A DNA stretch of 63,915 nt, the filler included, from Sphacelaria rigidula (lineage: Eukaryota): NCBI GenBank assembly GCA_964200075.2. It is 6 parts of 6 records of this genome, joined end to end, with 100 filler letters (N's around TTAATTAATTAA, not from the genome) between each part and the next. Parts side by side here need not be neighbours in the genome. Positions count along the whole stretch, not along the records: positions 1 to 10,572 come from CAXNAA020006258.1; positions 10,673 to 21,244 come from CAXNAA020006259.1; 4 more parts are not named here. One strand, given 5' to 3'. The translations under genes were made by a program, and so were the position numbers. This document shows, piece after piece, positions 1 to 11,958 of the stretch. How positions within the stretch are numbered: position 1 is the stretch's first letter; each line of letters begins with the position of its first letter. The notes beneath the pieces were generated by a model. That model was given only the letters and a program-made list of their open reading frames with translations, searched no databases and was not told where the DNA came from.

Positions 1-339
1 CCTAGCCCCGCATTCTTCTCGGGGCCCCCCCGGGTGGCGTGGGTGGTCCCGCGCCCCGGGGGGGGGGGGGGGGGGGGGGGCAACGGTCCGGGGCCTCCTT
101 CTTAGCTATCTATACCATTGTGTATACGAGTAATAATTGACGTCTTTTTTTCTTGGTCTAGTTTATTGCCTTTTCGGGTCGTACGTATATTTTTCTTGTG
201 TATTTCATCTTCCGCCATTTGTCATATTTCGTGTATAGAACCCCGGCCTTCGGGACGCCGTGTTTTCCTGTTCGTGGGTGTATTATGTGATTCATGGCTT
301 CGTGGCCGCGGGCGCTAGCTTTCTGCGAACGGGCTAATA

Positions 340-418
340 ACGTGATAAACCACAACCACAACCACCAGCAGCAGCACAACAGCAACAACAACAGAACAGC
401 AACAACGGCAACAACATT
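340..418. repeat. Imperfect (CAA/CAG/CAC)n microsatellite
   Basis: Run of aac/cac/cag triplets, e.g. caacagcaacaacaacagaacagcaacaac. Confidence 0.8.
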
Positions 419-492
419 ATGCGTCAGATAGATGCAGTCCAAGAAGAGTATAACAAAAACTGAATAAGAACAAGATGCTGATGAACACAGTA

Positions 493-1297
493 CAGTGCTG
501 GGCTCTCAGTAGTGCCGGTATGTGCCCACCACGGACACCGGCACTACTCAGAGAGCCCGGCACTACTCTGAAAAATGCCAAAACAGGTGCAATTGAGGGC
601 TCTGAATACCTCAGTGGTGCCGGTTCTGGCACTACTGACGACCGTCCGTTCGTACAGAGCTACGCTTGCCCTTCGTGTGACCAACGGAAGCACAAAACGG
701 ACGAAGACCTTTGTTTCGATAGGATACGCCACGTAAGGTTTCGGGGTAGCAGGACTAAACCCGATGCTTTTTTGTTTTTCACATTCAACTTGATTGATCC
801 TGTCCACAGGTTGACCATTTCCTTCCCTACTGGCACAACAGCAGTAGTACGGCCACAAAAGTTGTTCATGCCGAAAGACCTTCCCGACAAGAAAAACAAG
901 GACACATCTGCACCCGACGCAACTATGAAGGCGGGGCATCTGGTGTGGAAAAAAACAACCGTGGCCATGACGGCCTTCTGGAGTCGTGGCCTGCACCAGG
1001 CACAGTTCACCTTCCGCACAAGGCATGTTGTGTCCCTACGTTGCAAGGTCTGCACGAGCACGTACCCTGCTGTACCCCTACTGGTGCTTGGTTGGTGAGG
1101 GGTAAGGCGTGCGTGACTGTGTCCGGAACCGGCACTGTTGAGGGTACAAAACCGTTCAAACCGGCACTACTGAGGGTCATCTATCAGTAGTGCCGAGCGG
1201 CACTACTGCGAGCACTGGCTGTGCCCGGAGATTTTACCAGCATTCTAAAGGTCGTTGTTGGCACTATTGAACCGGCACTACTGAGAGCCCCCCACGG
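493..1297. mobile_element. Tc1/mariner-type MITE, 27-bp TIRs, TA target duplication
   Basis: Left TA|CAGTGCTGGGCTCTCAGTAGTGCCGGT (493-519) is the reverse complement of ACCGGCACTACTGAGAGCCCCCCACGG|TA (1271-1297) with 3 mismatches; the GGCACTACTG motif recurs internally. Confidence 0.85.
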
Positions 1298-2513
1298 TAT
1301 AAATATTATTGTGATTTGGTCCAAGTATTAACAGCAACTAACTGTTGTGTGACAGTAGCATCATGATTGTAGAGAACGGAGGAGAAACATACGATGTTTT
1401 TTTCCTGCAGGTTTTACGAGCAACGAGCGCTTCAAGTAAGACGCAATACTAGCAGTATAACGACAAGAAGACAACATGTACGTCGTATAGTCGTCGTCCT
1501 CAACAACCCCTCCAGAGAGATCGGCACTCATCCTCCTCTTCAAAAAAAATAAATGATGATTGTCCATCATTCGATCATATAGGATAGATTGTATAGGTGG
1601 GCATACAGGCTCGAACAAAACAGGCACAGCCAGATGCAATCACTCTCACAGCAATTCTGTCACTACTAAAGTACAGCAGCAGTGCTGCCGCTGTGCGAGA
1701 TGTTTCACTATAATTTAGTATCACAACGATTGTAAATATATACATGACGTAGAAGCAACGGGTCGTAAAGTAGAATTGGGTAAATATAGATACGTAAAAC
1801 AGCAGTATATCTCGTTGGATCCGGCTGCGCGTGTACCCCCGTTTGGATACATGCCTGTGTCATTCCGCCCGCCAGATGGAGTGAAAGCGTCGCAGCCTCA
1901 AATAAGTTGACGGGAATATAGGTGAGATGGTGGGACCTGCGTTCAACTGTAGGTAGATGCAATGTTAGGGTCATTCATCAGTAGGGGTATGTATCTTTCC
2001 ACCGGCTGAATTATAGAACAGTTCTCCCACTCCACCTCACGGCGACATAATGGCTCAGCTTTTCACGCTTCACATCAGACGCTGAAGTGCCACCCCCGAG
2101 TGAGCTATATCAAAGATCATCTTTTGAAACTTTCATCTATCGGTGACATTAACTCGGCGGATGGATGGCGGCGTTGCACCTGTGCTCATACAACACAGGG
2201 AACTAGGCAGATCTTGACATTTTTGACTACAACAATCAGTACCCGCAGATACCTCGAGAACGCACTGGGAAAACGGACTTCTGTCGAGCACTGCGGCGGA
2301 TTCCACAGCATTGCGCTAAGAGATGGGCCTCAGATTTTTTCTTGTCAAAGACGTACATTTCGTCCAGCAGCATCGTAGTTGCCGGTGAATATAATCGTAC
2401 ATAAAAACGCCGCACCTCTAGGTGCCATGTCGGGGGTTTTACAATGAACCGAAGACTAGCGTGTTGAATGTGTTTGGCATAAAATATACTGTATGGACGG
2501 TCAATCGATTATA

Positions 2514-2718
2514 CAAGGGTAGGTCGAGTAGCATATACTCAATTGCGTGGTATTTTGAAAGATTTACTTGAGGTACTCAAATCAGGGTAGATTGTTGGAA
2601 GTTGTATCCAAAGAATAACTGGAAAGCGATCCCTACAACCCTACCCCCAATGTGTGTACTTCAAGCACAACTTTCGAAATACTCCGCAATTGAGTATATT
2701 CTACTCGACCTGCCCTTG
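2514..2718. mobile_element. ~205-bp MITE with ~48-bp TIRs
   Basis: caagggtaggtcgagtagcatatactcaattgcg... pairs with ...cgcaattgagtatattctactcgacctgcccttg. Confidence 0.75.
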
Positions 2719-3838
2719 GATTGTATACGAAGTATTTGTTTTTAGTGTTATGGCAGGATAACAAGGGGTGGGTACGAGTAGAGGAAAGTAATTTTAATTT
2801 TTTTATTCCGTAGCCTTCTTGAGTTGAGCATTCGCGGCAGTCTACACAACAATTCTCTGCGTTTCGGGTCGTCGCTTGACACCAGTAGAGAGGTGTCGCA
2901 TACAAGCTGGATCCAGCACGAGAGCCTTTCATGTGCCAACACCCTCAACGCTGCGGGTCTCATTGCTCATTCGCCGCCCCTGCACGCGAAGCAATATCAC
3001 CATCACCCAAAATGCGCAACCCACGCTGTTCATGCCTGCTGATTGCAAAGCTCCCCCTTGCGTGAATGCCCACAATAATTGTAGTCTAAATGCGCACCTA
3101 GCCGTATCAACGAGTGGAAATCCCCTCATCCCGAAGATACAACTCGAAAACTCTAAATCAGAAGCACCTACGACTGCACATGTTTTTACGAACATCTGTT
3201 CGGAATAGGTCACCAAGGGCAGATCGTTTCGTAAAGACGCATGGTGTGATGAATTAACTCGCGCTCGTACTGTGTTCGCTATTTATGCGCAGATAAGCCG
3301 GATCCAATTACGCGGAAGCGCACACGATAACGAAATGCCCGACGCTCGGAAAGGCTTTGTGGCAAATGTTATCGCCGGACTCAGCGCAAAGGTTTGACCT
3401 CCGTGCCATCCATGGCAGAAATGGAGTGCGTGGCAAGCAAGAGAGAGGGAGAGAGAGAGAGTCATTGTTGCCCAATCAGTTTGTGTCGGTGTTTCTCAGG
3501 AGGCCCGTTTGCCAACCCATTCTCGTCGAGATCGAATTAGCAATAACCAGTCAGTGGGGTATTGGCAAAAGTGAATCGGGCACTCTGGAAATGGTACAAA
3601 CAACATTCTCCGGCTTAAAACCAGCGGCATTCACCGGTAACTCTGATGATAAACGTTAGCTGAAATGGCTAACTTTATTTTCCCCAGCCTGTCGTATGAC
3701 AGCCCAGCTAACAGTGCATTTAGCTTGTCTGCCTCTGTTTCCCCCTCTATCTCAATCTCTCAGTCGCCTCAACGTTCGCGTCCCCCCCTCCTGCAGAGAT
3801 TGCGGCTGAGAGTCCCTGACCGAATGATGTACAGTAAA

Positions 3839-4256
3839 CACGGGGGTTTTACAACTTGAGGATGCATTGTGTTTTTGAGGATGAACCTTGGAGACATTCA
3901 TAAGCATCGAAATATTTTCGACATAAAAAATGCGAATGCACGATCTGGCAGTGATGCTTGGCCTCACTCATCCTAACAAACGGATATCCGCAATTTTTAA
4001 GATCCCGTGTTGACGGAGATTCTCACAAATTTAAACAATTTCTTGTACGGCAGTGAACGGAGGTCGGAATTGTTCGGGATGAACACGGGATTTCACAAAT
4101 TGTGGATGGATTTTTGTGAGGATGAGCGAGACCACACATCACCGCCGGAGAGTGCATTCGCATTTATGTTTAGATAGTATTTTATTTCGAGGCTTATGAA
4201 GGTTCCCAAGGTTCATTCTTGAAAAAGAATCCATCGTCAATTTGCAGAATCCCGTG
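3839..4256. mobile_element. Foldback MITE (CACGGG...CCCGTG) with ~170-bp imperfect inverted arms
   Basis: Arms are reverse complements (gatgaaccttgg/ccaaggttcatt; tgcgaatgcac/gtgcattcgca); second copy at 50777-51200 shares the central gtgaacggaggtcg. Confidence 0.75.
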
Positions 4257-5113
4257 GCAGTAAGCATCTGTGTTGGGCGATTGTTTGAACTATTCCGTCG
4301 AGGAGGATTTTTCGTTTTTTCACGCTTGGCAGCACCTATTGCAGTGAATAATTGATTCCAAAATTTCGGAGTTGGAAGATTCTAGTATCCGCTCCACGTT
4401 CCGAATAGAATATAGCTCGGTACTTTTTCCTCTCGCATACTACTTTTCACTGGTACTTTCGAACTAGAGTCGGTTGATACGGGGAAAATAATTGGGTTGA
4501 GCTCAGAGCATAATTCCCAAGTTGGTGTTATCGGGACAACAAATAGTAAAAGCCCTGTTTATCAGGGGGTGCTATTGACCGTGATCGCTCCGAAAAACAC
4601 ACTTTTTCGGCTTCAATGCAGTGGGTATGTCGAAATTCTAAGAATCTGTTTTATATACTTGTGCGCGGAAACGATCGGGATTGGCTCAATCAAGCGAAAA
4701 TACGCAAGAGTCACAATCTAGGGTTGTGTAGGCGGAGGACCCCCGAGGATCCGTCAGCCCGTTAGTCGTTCAATATTGACTGCAAAACTGCCTTTTTCTG
4801 GGGATGTGGAGCCGATACTAGAATCTCCCGATCCCCAACATTTTGGGATCAAAGCTTCGCTGTGAAAACGGTGGAAAGCGAATGAACTTGAAAACATCGT
4901 CAATACAAATATTTACTCCTTGTTTCTCTTGTATTTCTCTCTTTTCTCGAGTTTCCTTTCGCGAGCCTTCCCGTTCACTTACCGTGGGTATATCTATTTT
5001 TTTTTTTATCACGAGTGGATGCGTAGCGAGTCAGGTAATGTGCGATGATCAACCAATCACTCAATCACTGGTCTCCGAAGCACAGGACCAGCTTGGAATT
5101 CTCTACGGGCTAG

Positions 5114-5375
5114 ATGCTAAAATCATACGCTGTCCCACACGTAGTGGCGAAAGGATCCAACGACACATATTTCGCGCGCATTGTTTCTGCTTGCTGGGAA
5201 CCCTTCGAAACCTTGCTTCAGACAACGCGAGAAGATGCTTTGAGAGAAGTCAACGAACGGGAGGAGCTCCAGCTATTTTTAGATGATCCTAGCGTGGCTG
5301 TGCTCTATGTACATGCAGCAGAAACAGGAGGGCTACAACTGAGCAACCGCCTGAGCATCTCCGAAGAACAGAAAG
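5114..5375 (+). CDS. DYNC2H1: Cytoplasmic dynein-2 (IFT dynein) heavy chain, first coding exon seen
   Basis: ELQLFLDDPSVAVLYV...GLQLSN resembles the dynein-2 HC N-terminus (EINNFLDD..G.SFSN); donor AAAG|GTCAGC at 5376, phase 1, matches the next exon. The start ATG at 5114 is provisional. Confidence 0.75.
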
Positions 5376-6718
5376 GTCAGCGCCGCACCGCGTCGAGACA
5401 GTTTTGAAGGACGTCAGACGATACGACACATTATACGGCACAAAAACAAACGACACACCCGGAAATCCGGTGTGCGTAAAACGTACAATACTGAAACGCC
5501 AACCGAAGCGCGGGCCCTGGAGGTCTGATGAATAGTTGATGTTTCAGTTGCCCTGTCAGCGTTGTCAGTCCCGTCGAAAAGGATATCGGATCCGCTCTTA
5601 TCTCCGCTTGTCAATTTCATATCCTCACCAAGCGTCTGGGATCGAAACAACGGTGGAGTGCAACTCCGCAGATGCCTCCTCTTTACACTGAGAATGCCTG
5701 CACCCGTTTTCATTTAGCTCTAGTATCATAATGTTTCGGCAATCTTGCCCACCTGTGAACGACGCGATCCCATTGTGCATGAAAGTACAGTACGTGCTAC
5801 ACGGCACTCTACGCAACACAATGGGCAGAGCACCGTGCGTACTAATGCACAGCACAGTGTTCTCTACTAGCGCGGATAGGATGGATACCCCGTTGACTGT
5901 GCTGCTCACGCTAGGGTCAGGGTCGGGCCACCTATACGGTTGAATTGGGCTAGTGCATGCGGGGATCCAATTGTGAAGAAGACGCCTCAGCGGTTAGTAG
6001 GGCTCAATCGCGAGTTGAAGACGCACTGGGAGGTGGTGCTTTTTACGCCTGGCTTAACATGCAATGGTCTCCGCTATTTGCCCTCTTCAGACACATGCAC
6101 CTCCCAGCTATTTGTTCCGCGCGAGATACGCAACCTTACGTGATACAAAATATGCCCAAGCCCTAGCACGTTCAATGGTGAGCCTAGTGTAATTAATCTA
6201 TGAGGCGCTATCTGAAAAGAATAATCATTCTGTCGATGAACTGATGCTGTGTAGTCATGGGTGTAATTTATCCGTGAACTAAAAGAGAGTAATGCGAAAT
6301 ACCGTGATCGTGTGGGTCTTCGCACATGTCGGGGTCTGCGTCATGGCCCAGGGGTGCGTATAAAAAGCCAGATCCCGTTAACATGATTCGATTACCGTAC
6401 AGGTATTAGGGTCATCGCACAGGGGTGCGATGAACCCCGAAAAACTCCAACTTCGGGCGTGGGTTTGAGTACAGCGTGGTTCCGGGGCACTTACTGCGGT
6501 GCAAGGGATGTCAGCGCTGGTATCCACCGTAGGCTCCACTGCTGTGTTGTGGGACCGTGGCGATCCACTCATAATAATGGGTAAAACACATGAAGAATTT
6601 CCTATATCATTGCTGTCGTTTTTTTCAGCATCACATATATCGGAGTCATCACACATGGCTGTGCGTTGGATGGCAGAACCAGACGATTTAGTTCGGTTCC
6701 TGCACAGGTATCTGGGCT

Positions 6719-6800
6719 ATCACACATGTCGGAATCACCGCATATATCAGAGTCATTACACGTATCGGAGTTATCGCACATGGCGGAGTCATCGCGCAGG
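6719..6800. repeat. 18-bp degenerate tandem repeat (ATCRCACATRTCGGAGTC), further copies at ~6320, 6410 and 6629-6658
   Basis: 4.5 consecutive 18-bp units visible, within the dynein intron. Confidence 0.7.
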
Positions 6801-7670
6801 GGCGCGAAAAAAGTGAAGAACGCAAAAAATTGAAAAACCACCGCACAAGAGTGTCAAGACTCGCATTTTCACGCTAGTCCTCGATTAGATAGACCCAGCG
6901 ACATGAATGAGACTATGTCGATGCTCCTCTGTTGAACGTGTTCACATTGTAGAGAGCAAAGGACTGAAGGTAGACGTACGGCTGTTGAGTGCTTCAGACA
7001 CATGCAAACCCCGTTCGGTTATTTTCTGAGACTGCAGAATCCGAAAAGGCCAGACGATATGCAAGTATTGTTTATCCAGACTTTCTGAGAAATCGACATA
7101 CCTGGAGCAAGTTGACGGTGATGATGTTCCGTGTTGTCCGGAACGTCATGCTCATGTAATTCTGGCTTGTATTGTATGCGTTTTTGCTTTTCACATGATC
7201 CATCCACTTCTCTTTTTGGGTTAGTTGCTATACCTGCAATAATTTCTCGACAATAAAACTGTTTTGCGCGTTTTGTGTTTTTTTTTCTGATTGGTACATA
7301 TTCACCCCCCCCTCCCCTCCTCGGGAAGAATCCCTGGTCTCAAGAGAAACAATGTACATCTCTCCCGGTACACGTCTCGCAGTTTGGTACTGCGGATGGG
7401 GTTAGTACTCACTGCCGCACCGCGTCGACTGTCGTCAAATATACTCCACTGCTTATCCCTACCTCCTCACGTTTTCAAAGACGAAAATGTGTCAATTAAT
7501 AAAAAATAATAAATAAGGAGGCGGGGATGTGCACATGGCGCCCTCCACCACATACAGAGGTAGCACACCTCCTTCGAGATTGTCTCGCGAAATAACTTAT
7601 GTTATACACAGCATTGGTCAACAGCCTGGTATTGCTTCTTTTTTCTTCCTATCACTCTGCCCCGCGCCAG

Positions 7671-7789
7671 GAGAAGGTAAGGGCGATGACAGCGATGAAC
7701 AGGCGACGACAAAAATGGAAGTGGGACTGCATTTTGTGAAGCTCAGACCGGAGCCCGTGACGGCGGACAATATGCGGAATTTGGTCCAG
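7671..7789 (+). CDS. DYNC2H1: Cytoplasmic dynein-2 heavy chain, second coding exon
   Basis: Polypyrimidine tract then CAG acceptor at 7670; donor CAG|GTGAG at 7790; LHFVKLRPEPVTADNMRNLVQ matches dynein-2 HC LVFFKLRPEVITDENLHDNILV; joins exon 1 in frame (G|GA = Gly). Confidence 0.85.
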
Positions 7790-7800
7790 GTGAGCTGTCA

Positions 7801-8325
7801 TCAAACACACAATTTTTAGTTGTTTTGTAGGTGCTGTGGTCAGGTCTATCGTTCGGGCTTGATCAGCGTTTAGCCAGGACGTGTGCCCATGTGGGCCAGT
7901 TGGATACGCCGCGGGCCAGAGTACACAATTCAGGAAGTGCAAATTGAATACCATTCATTCGGTTGCCGTCTGAAACAAACACAATTTTTAGTTGTTTTGT
8001 AGGTGCTGTGGTCAGATCTATCGTTCGGGCTTGATCAGCGTTTAGCTGGGACGTGCGCCCGTGTGGGCCAGTTGGATACACCGCGGGTCAGAGCACACAG
8101 TTCAGGAAGTGCGAATTGAATTTCATTCACTCGGTTGCCGTCCGAAACAAACACAATTTTTGGTTGTTTTGTAAGTGCTATGGTCAGGTCTATGGTTCTC
8201 GCTTGATGATAATTTTAGCTAGGGCGTGTGCCGACATTGGTCAGTTGATATACCGCGCTTCAGAACACACAGTTTAGGAGTAACAAATTGAGTATCATTC
8301 ATTCGGTTGCCGTCTGAAACAACTG
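7801..8325 (+). repeat. 172-bp tandem repeat, 3 copies, intronic
   Basis: acaattttt(a/g)gttgttttgta at 7809, 7981 and 8153. Confidence 0.9.
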
Positions 8326-9219
8326 TAATGGAGTTGTCCCGGAACTTGCAAGCTATGTTTAACTGGTTTCACAGCAGAGCTTTACTCACCTGTCCCTGTA
8401 CTTTGTGCAATGCGTACCTATTACTAGTCGGGGATATATGGTCGTAATGTGACGTTGACAGGGCTGTTGTGTTGAGGAGCATGCGATAAAACTCAAGGTA
8501 GCTCCAATATTTATCCAACAGCAGCAGTTGGCATAGGTATGCCTAAATATTACAAGCTCAGAATGGATTCATGCAGGCAATTGCCATGACAAAAACTACA
8601 CCTATGAACCCTCCGCACATTCTATGTTCATTCCATGTAGACAGCAATAATGCAGCATTGCTCAACGTGCTCATCAATCTGACAGACGTCAGGAAAACCC
8701 CGCAAGTTGAGAGTGGGGCGGAAAAAGTGGTTAGGGACTTGTAAACGAAGTAATTTTTTCCATAGTACTTTTACTGATCCACGGGCGCAACGAGGTACAC
8801 CACGCGTAGCATTTTCACCCGCTCGTAGTTTGAGTAAGACAATATTCTGAGGTGCTCAGAGGACGCCCACAGGATGAATATGCTGCGCGTTCCGTGCTCT
8901 ATTCGATGTAGATGCCAAAATGACCACACGTATGCTTCTTCGAGAATCGCACGTGTTCACGCTCTCCACGTTTGCAGAACAGTTGAGCTCATTTCGCGCG
9001 AACGTAGGGCTTAGCGGGGCGTTCGTCGTTTGGCGCTCGAGACACGTATGTATTTGACTTGGATATCATATATGAGTTGCTTGAACTCGTAGTAAGCGAT
9101 GATGCCCTTCGTTGTGTCACTGGAAACGGTGTACTATGAGTGCCGGGGGAGCTCATCGCGTGGGGAATAAGATTTCGAGCCGGTTCAACAAACATCGAGC
9201 ACCTTAGCAAACCACAGAG

Positions 9220-9519
9220 AACAATGTTTTCGTGAGATTGAGAGTAGAGGATACGATTGAGAGTGAAAAGCGGTCAACTAGTGAATGAGCCGTTTCAGCT
9301 CCGAAATGCGCCTTCACGAGCCCCGATATTCTTTCCGTAGTAGCTTGCCACTGGGGCCCATGCTATCCCTGAGTAGGATATCGACGTGTAGCTGTAAGCA
9401 CACGGCAGTGATGGAGGCGAAAAAAAGCACGCACGGAATGAAAAAATGGCTAAGTTAGCGCGAATGATCAAAGCCGCTCTCAATCCGCGCTGTACTCTCA
9501 ATCTCACGAAAAAGTTGTT
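9220..9519. mobile_element. ~300-bp MITE, TIR AACAAYGTTTTCGTGAGATTGAGAG
   Basis: Inverted termini; full copy at 32780-33077, partial copy at 38641-38750. Confidence 0.8.
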
Positions 9520-10572
9520 GGAGGTGACCACGTCACACGTTCGACATGCGTTCGTCGCTGCAGGTTTCTTCGATGACCGGACCTCCACTGAGCAGCCTCT
9601 ACCACTCAGTGCACTCGGTTTACGCTCCAGCGCTTTTGACGAATGAGTCCGATCGACAGGGTCTTAGCGGCAAGGTTCAGGTGAGATAACTGCAGGACGT
9701 TCAAGACGGCAGCACGAAATCGCGTGAAACCCAATCCCGTCGTGATGGCCGGGTGCCCGAAGCAAGACCATGCTTCTGGAAGGTGACCACAGTTATGAAA
9801 AACTCGGAGTAGCGCGATTCAGATTGCGCAGGGCAAGATCAATGTTCGTGTGATAAAACACCCGAAAAAGCGCGCAATTACAACAAAATACTTTGTTCCG
9901 GGCACAATCCTCATCACGCATGCAATTTTAGAAGCATGAGCATAGGAGCTGGGTTACATCGTTACTGCGGCATTCATGTGCAAGGGATCCCGGGTACAAC
10001 GACTGGAAGTGATTGGCTTCGGTACCTGTATCCATTCTATCACGCGTTGGGTGCATTATTCGCGTTCATCCGTCGACGTTGAAGGGGACGGCGGTGTGCT
10101 CCGCCCTACCCTGCAGCGCAATATCTACCCTTCCGCAGGTCATTTCGAAAAAGAAATCCTGCGAAGGTAAGGATCTAACCGTGGATTTCACGACGGATGA
10201 ACTGTGAACCGGTCTGTCTCATGGGACATTTGTGTGGAAAGGGTTGATACCTGCCGTCTTGTACTCTGAACTCAAGACGTTTCGGCTAATATATATGATT
10301 TGAACCTGCCACACTGTATTCAAGTGGTAAATAACGGACATACCCAGTCCGAGTGGTTCTATAGACTATAATGACTTCGAGTCATTCGAGTCGGGGTACT
10401 CCAAGTCATTAGAGTACTGTAATTGAAATTCAAGTCATGTCAGCTCTTATGTCTTCATAAACAACATAATGTGACCGAAGAATAAAATGACGTAATCAAT
10501 TTTTAATATGGGTCTATTTTGTTTCTTTGTCTTTTTGCTAGCCTGTGACCACGGAAGGCGTCCGCATCAGAT

Positions 10573-10672
10573 NNNNNNNNNNNNNNNNNNNNNNNNNNNN
10601 NNNNNNNNNNNNNNNNTTAATTAATTAANNNNNNNNNNNNNNNNNNNNNNNNNNNNNNNNNNNNNNNNNNNN
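10573..10672. other. Artificial contig linker N44-TTAATTAATTAA-N44
   Basis: Six-frame stop linker, identical at five positions. Confidence 0.98.
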
Positions 10673-10866
10673 ATACCCCCCCCCCTATCGTAGGATGACT
10701 CTACTCTACTTTGGTGTACCTCCGTACATAAAATTCTGTAGTCTTTACTGCTTAATATTGTTTTGATACCTCCAATCTCCTGCCGAGTCTACACCACCTG
10801 CTATTATTATTCCAGAACTTTTGTACTCTGGTGTCTGGCGTCCATTTCCCCCTCTTCAATTTAATA

Positions 10867-10880
10867 TGGCGCAACCGCAG
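10867..10880 (+). promoter_or_regulatory. Candidate tRNA primer-binding site TGGCGCAACCGCAG
   Basis: Starts with TGG (complement of tRNA CCA), follows an AT-rich LTR-like stretch and precedes the ORFs; tRNA match not verified. Confidence 0.35.
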
Positions 10881-11077
10881 AAAGTATTCTCCCCTCGACC
10901 CTGCCTACTTACAAATCTTCACGTCGTCAGCGTTTTCTTTCATCACTTCCTTCAAAACCAATAACTCTTACTTCCCCCGTACACGAAGAAGTAAAATCCG
11001 ACTGAGCTTCGGCCCTCCACTCTGGCGACTCCACGTCTCAAGACTTGGCTGCTAGTGGCGACCACGACCACCATTTG

Positions 11078-11450
11078 TCCAAGACTTCCAACATGATCGT
11101 CGAGTCGCTACGCGCTCGCTCTGTTGCGAAACGCACACCGTCCAAGACTCCCGATATGATCGACGAGACGCTACGCGCTCTCTCTGTCGCGGACCGACTA
11201 CTGTCCAAGACTCCCGACATGATTGACGAGCCGCTACGCGCTCGCTCTGTCGCGGATCGACCACTATCCAAGACTTCCAACATGATCGACGAGCCGCTAC
11301 GCGCTCGCTCTGTTGTGAAACGCACACCGTCTAGGAGTTCCTACATGTCTCACGAGTCGCCACGCGTTGCCGCTGTTGTGAAACGCAAACCGCTTCAGGA
11401 TTCTGCCGCGGTTATTGACTCACCCCGCACTCGCGCTGTTGATGAACGGC
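11078..11450 (+). repeat. 63-bp tandem repeat (4 good + 2 degenerate units) within ORF 11045-11773
   Basis: tccaagact at 11078, 11141, 11204, 11267; encodes 21-aa units SKTxxMIDEPLRARSVxxRxx. Confidence 0.9.
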
Positions 11451-11958
11451 ATCCGTCTATGCCTTCCGACGTTTTCGGTACGTCGCACAAGGGTTCCGAT
11501 GCCTTACAGCGCCCGCGACGATACGTCATGTATCGTGAGGACACTTCTGTTCACCAGCCCTCGCGCCGAACATCCTCCTGGCGTCTTGGTCGCTCCGAAG
11601 AGTCTTCCACAGGGCACTTGCCACGGCTCTTGAGCACTTGCTTTGTTCATGACCGGCTGTCATTTCTGACGGTCCGGCGACAACTGCCCTTTCACAAGCG
11701 CTTGCCGCCGCGTTTCACACAACCGTTCAACATTCAACGTCCTCAGATCATGTTCACTTTGACAGTAATGTGAATCATCAGGCCTCTGTACCAGTGGCTG
11801 CAGCCCATGATGACGAACGTTCATCCTCAGATGTTCCTTATGGATGGTGATGCCACTGTCCACCATGGTGATCATACCACTCATGTTCATGATGTACGTG
11901 CATTGCTATCGGGATTATCATCGACCACGGGATCCTCACGACTGTTGATCGGACCCAT

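Noticed and set aside
475-1098. 207-aa ORF as a transposase
   Set aside because: Lies within the MITE and has no HTH or DDE motif.
10617-10628. TTAATTAATTAA as a biological motif (e.g. piggyBac TTAA site)
   Set aside because: Embedded in fixed N runs at all five junctions; it is an assembly linker.
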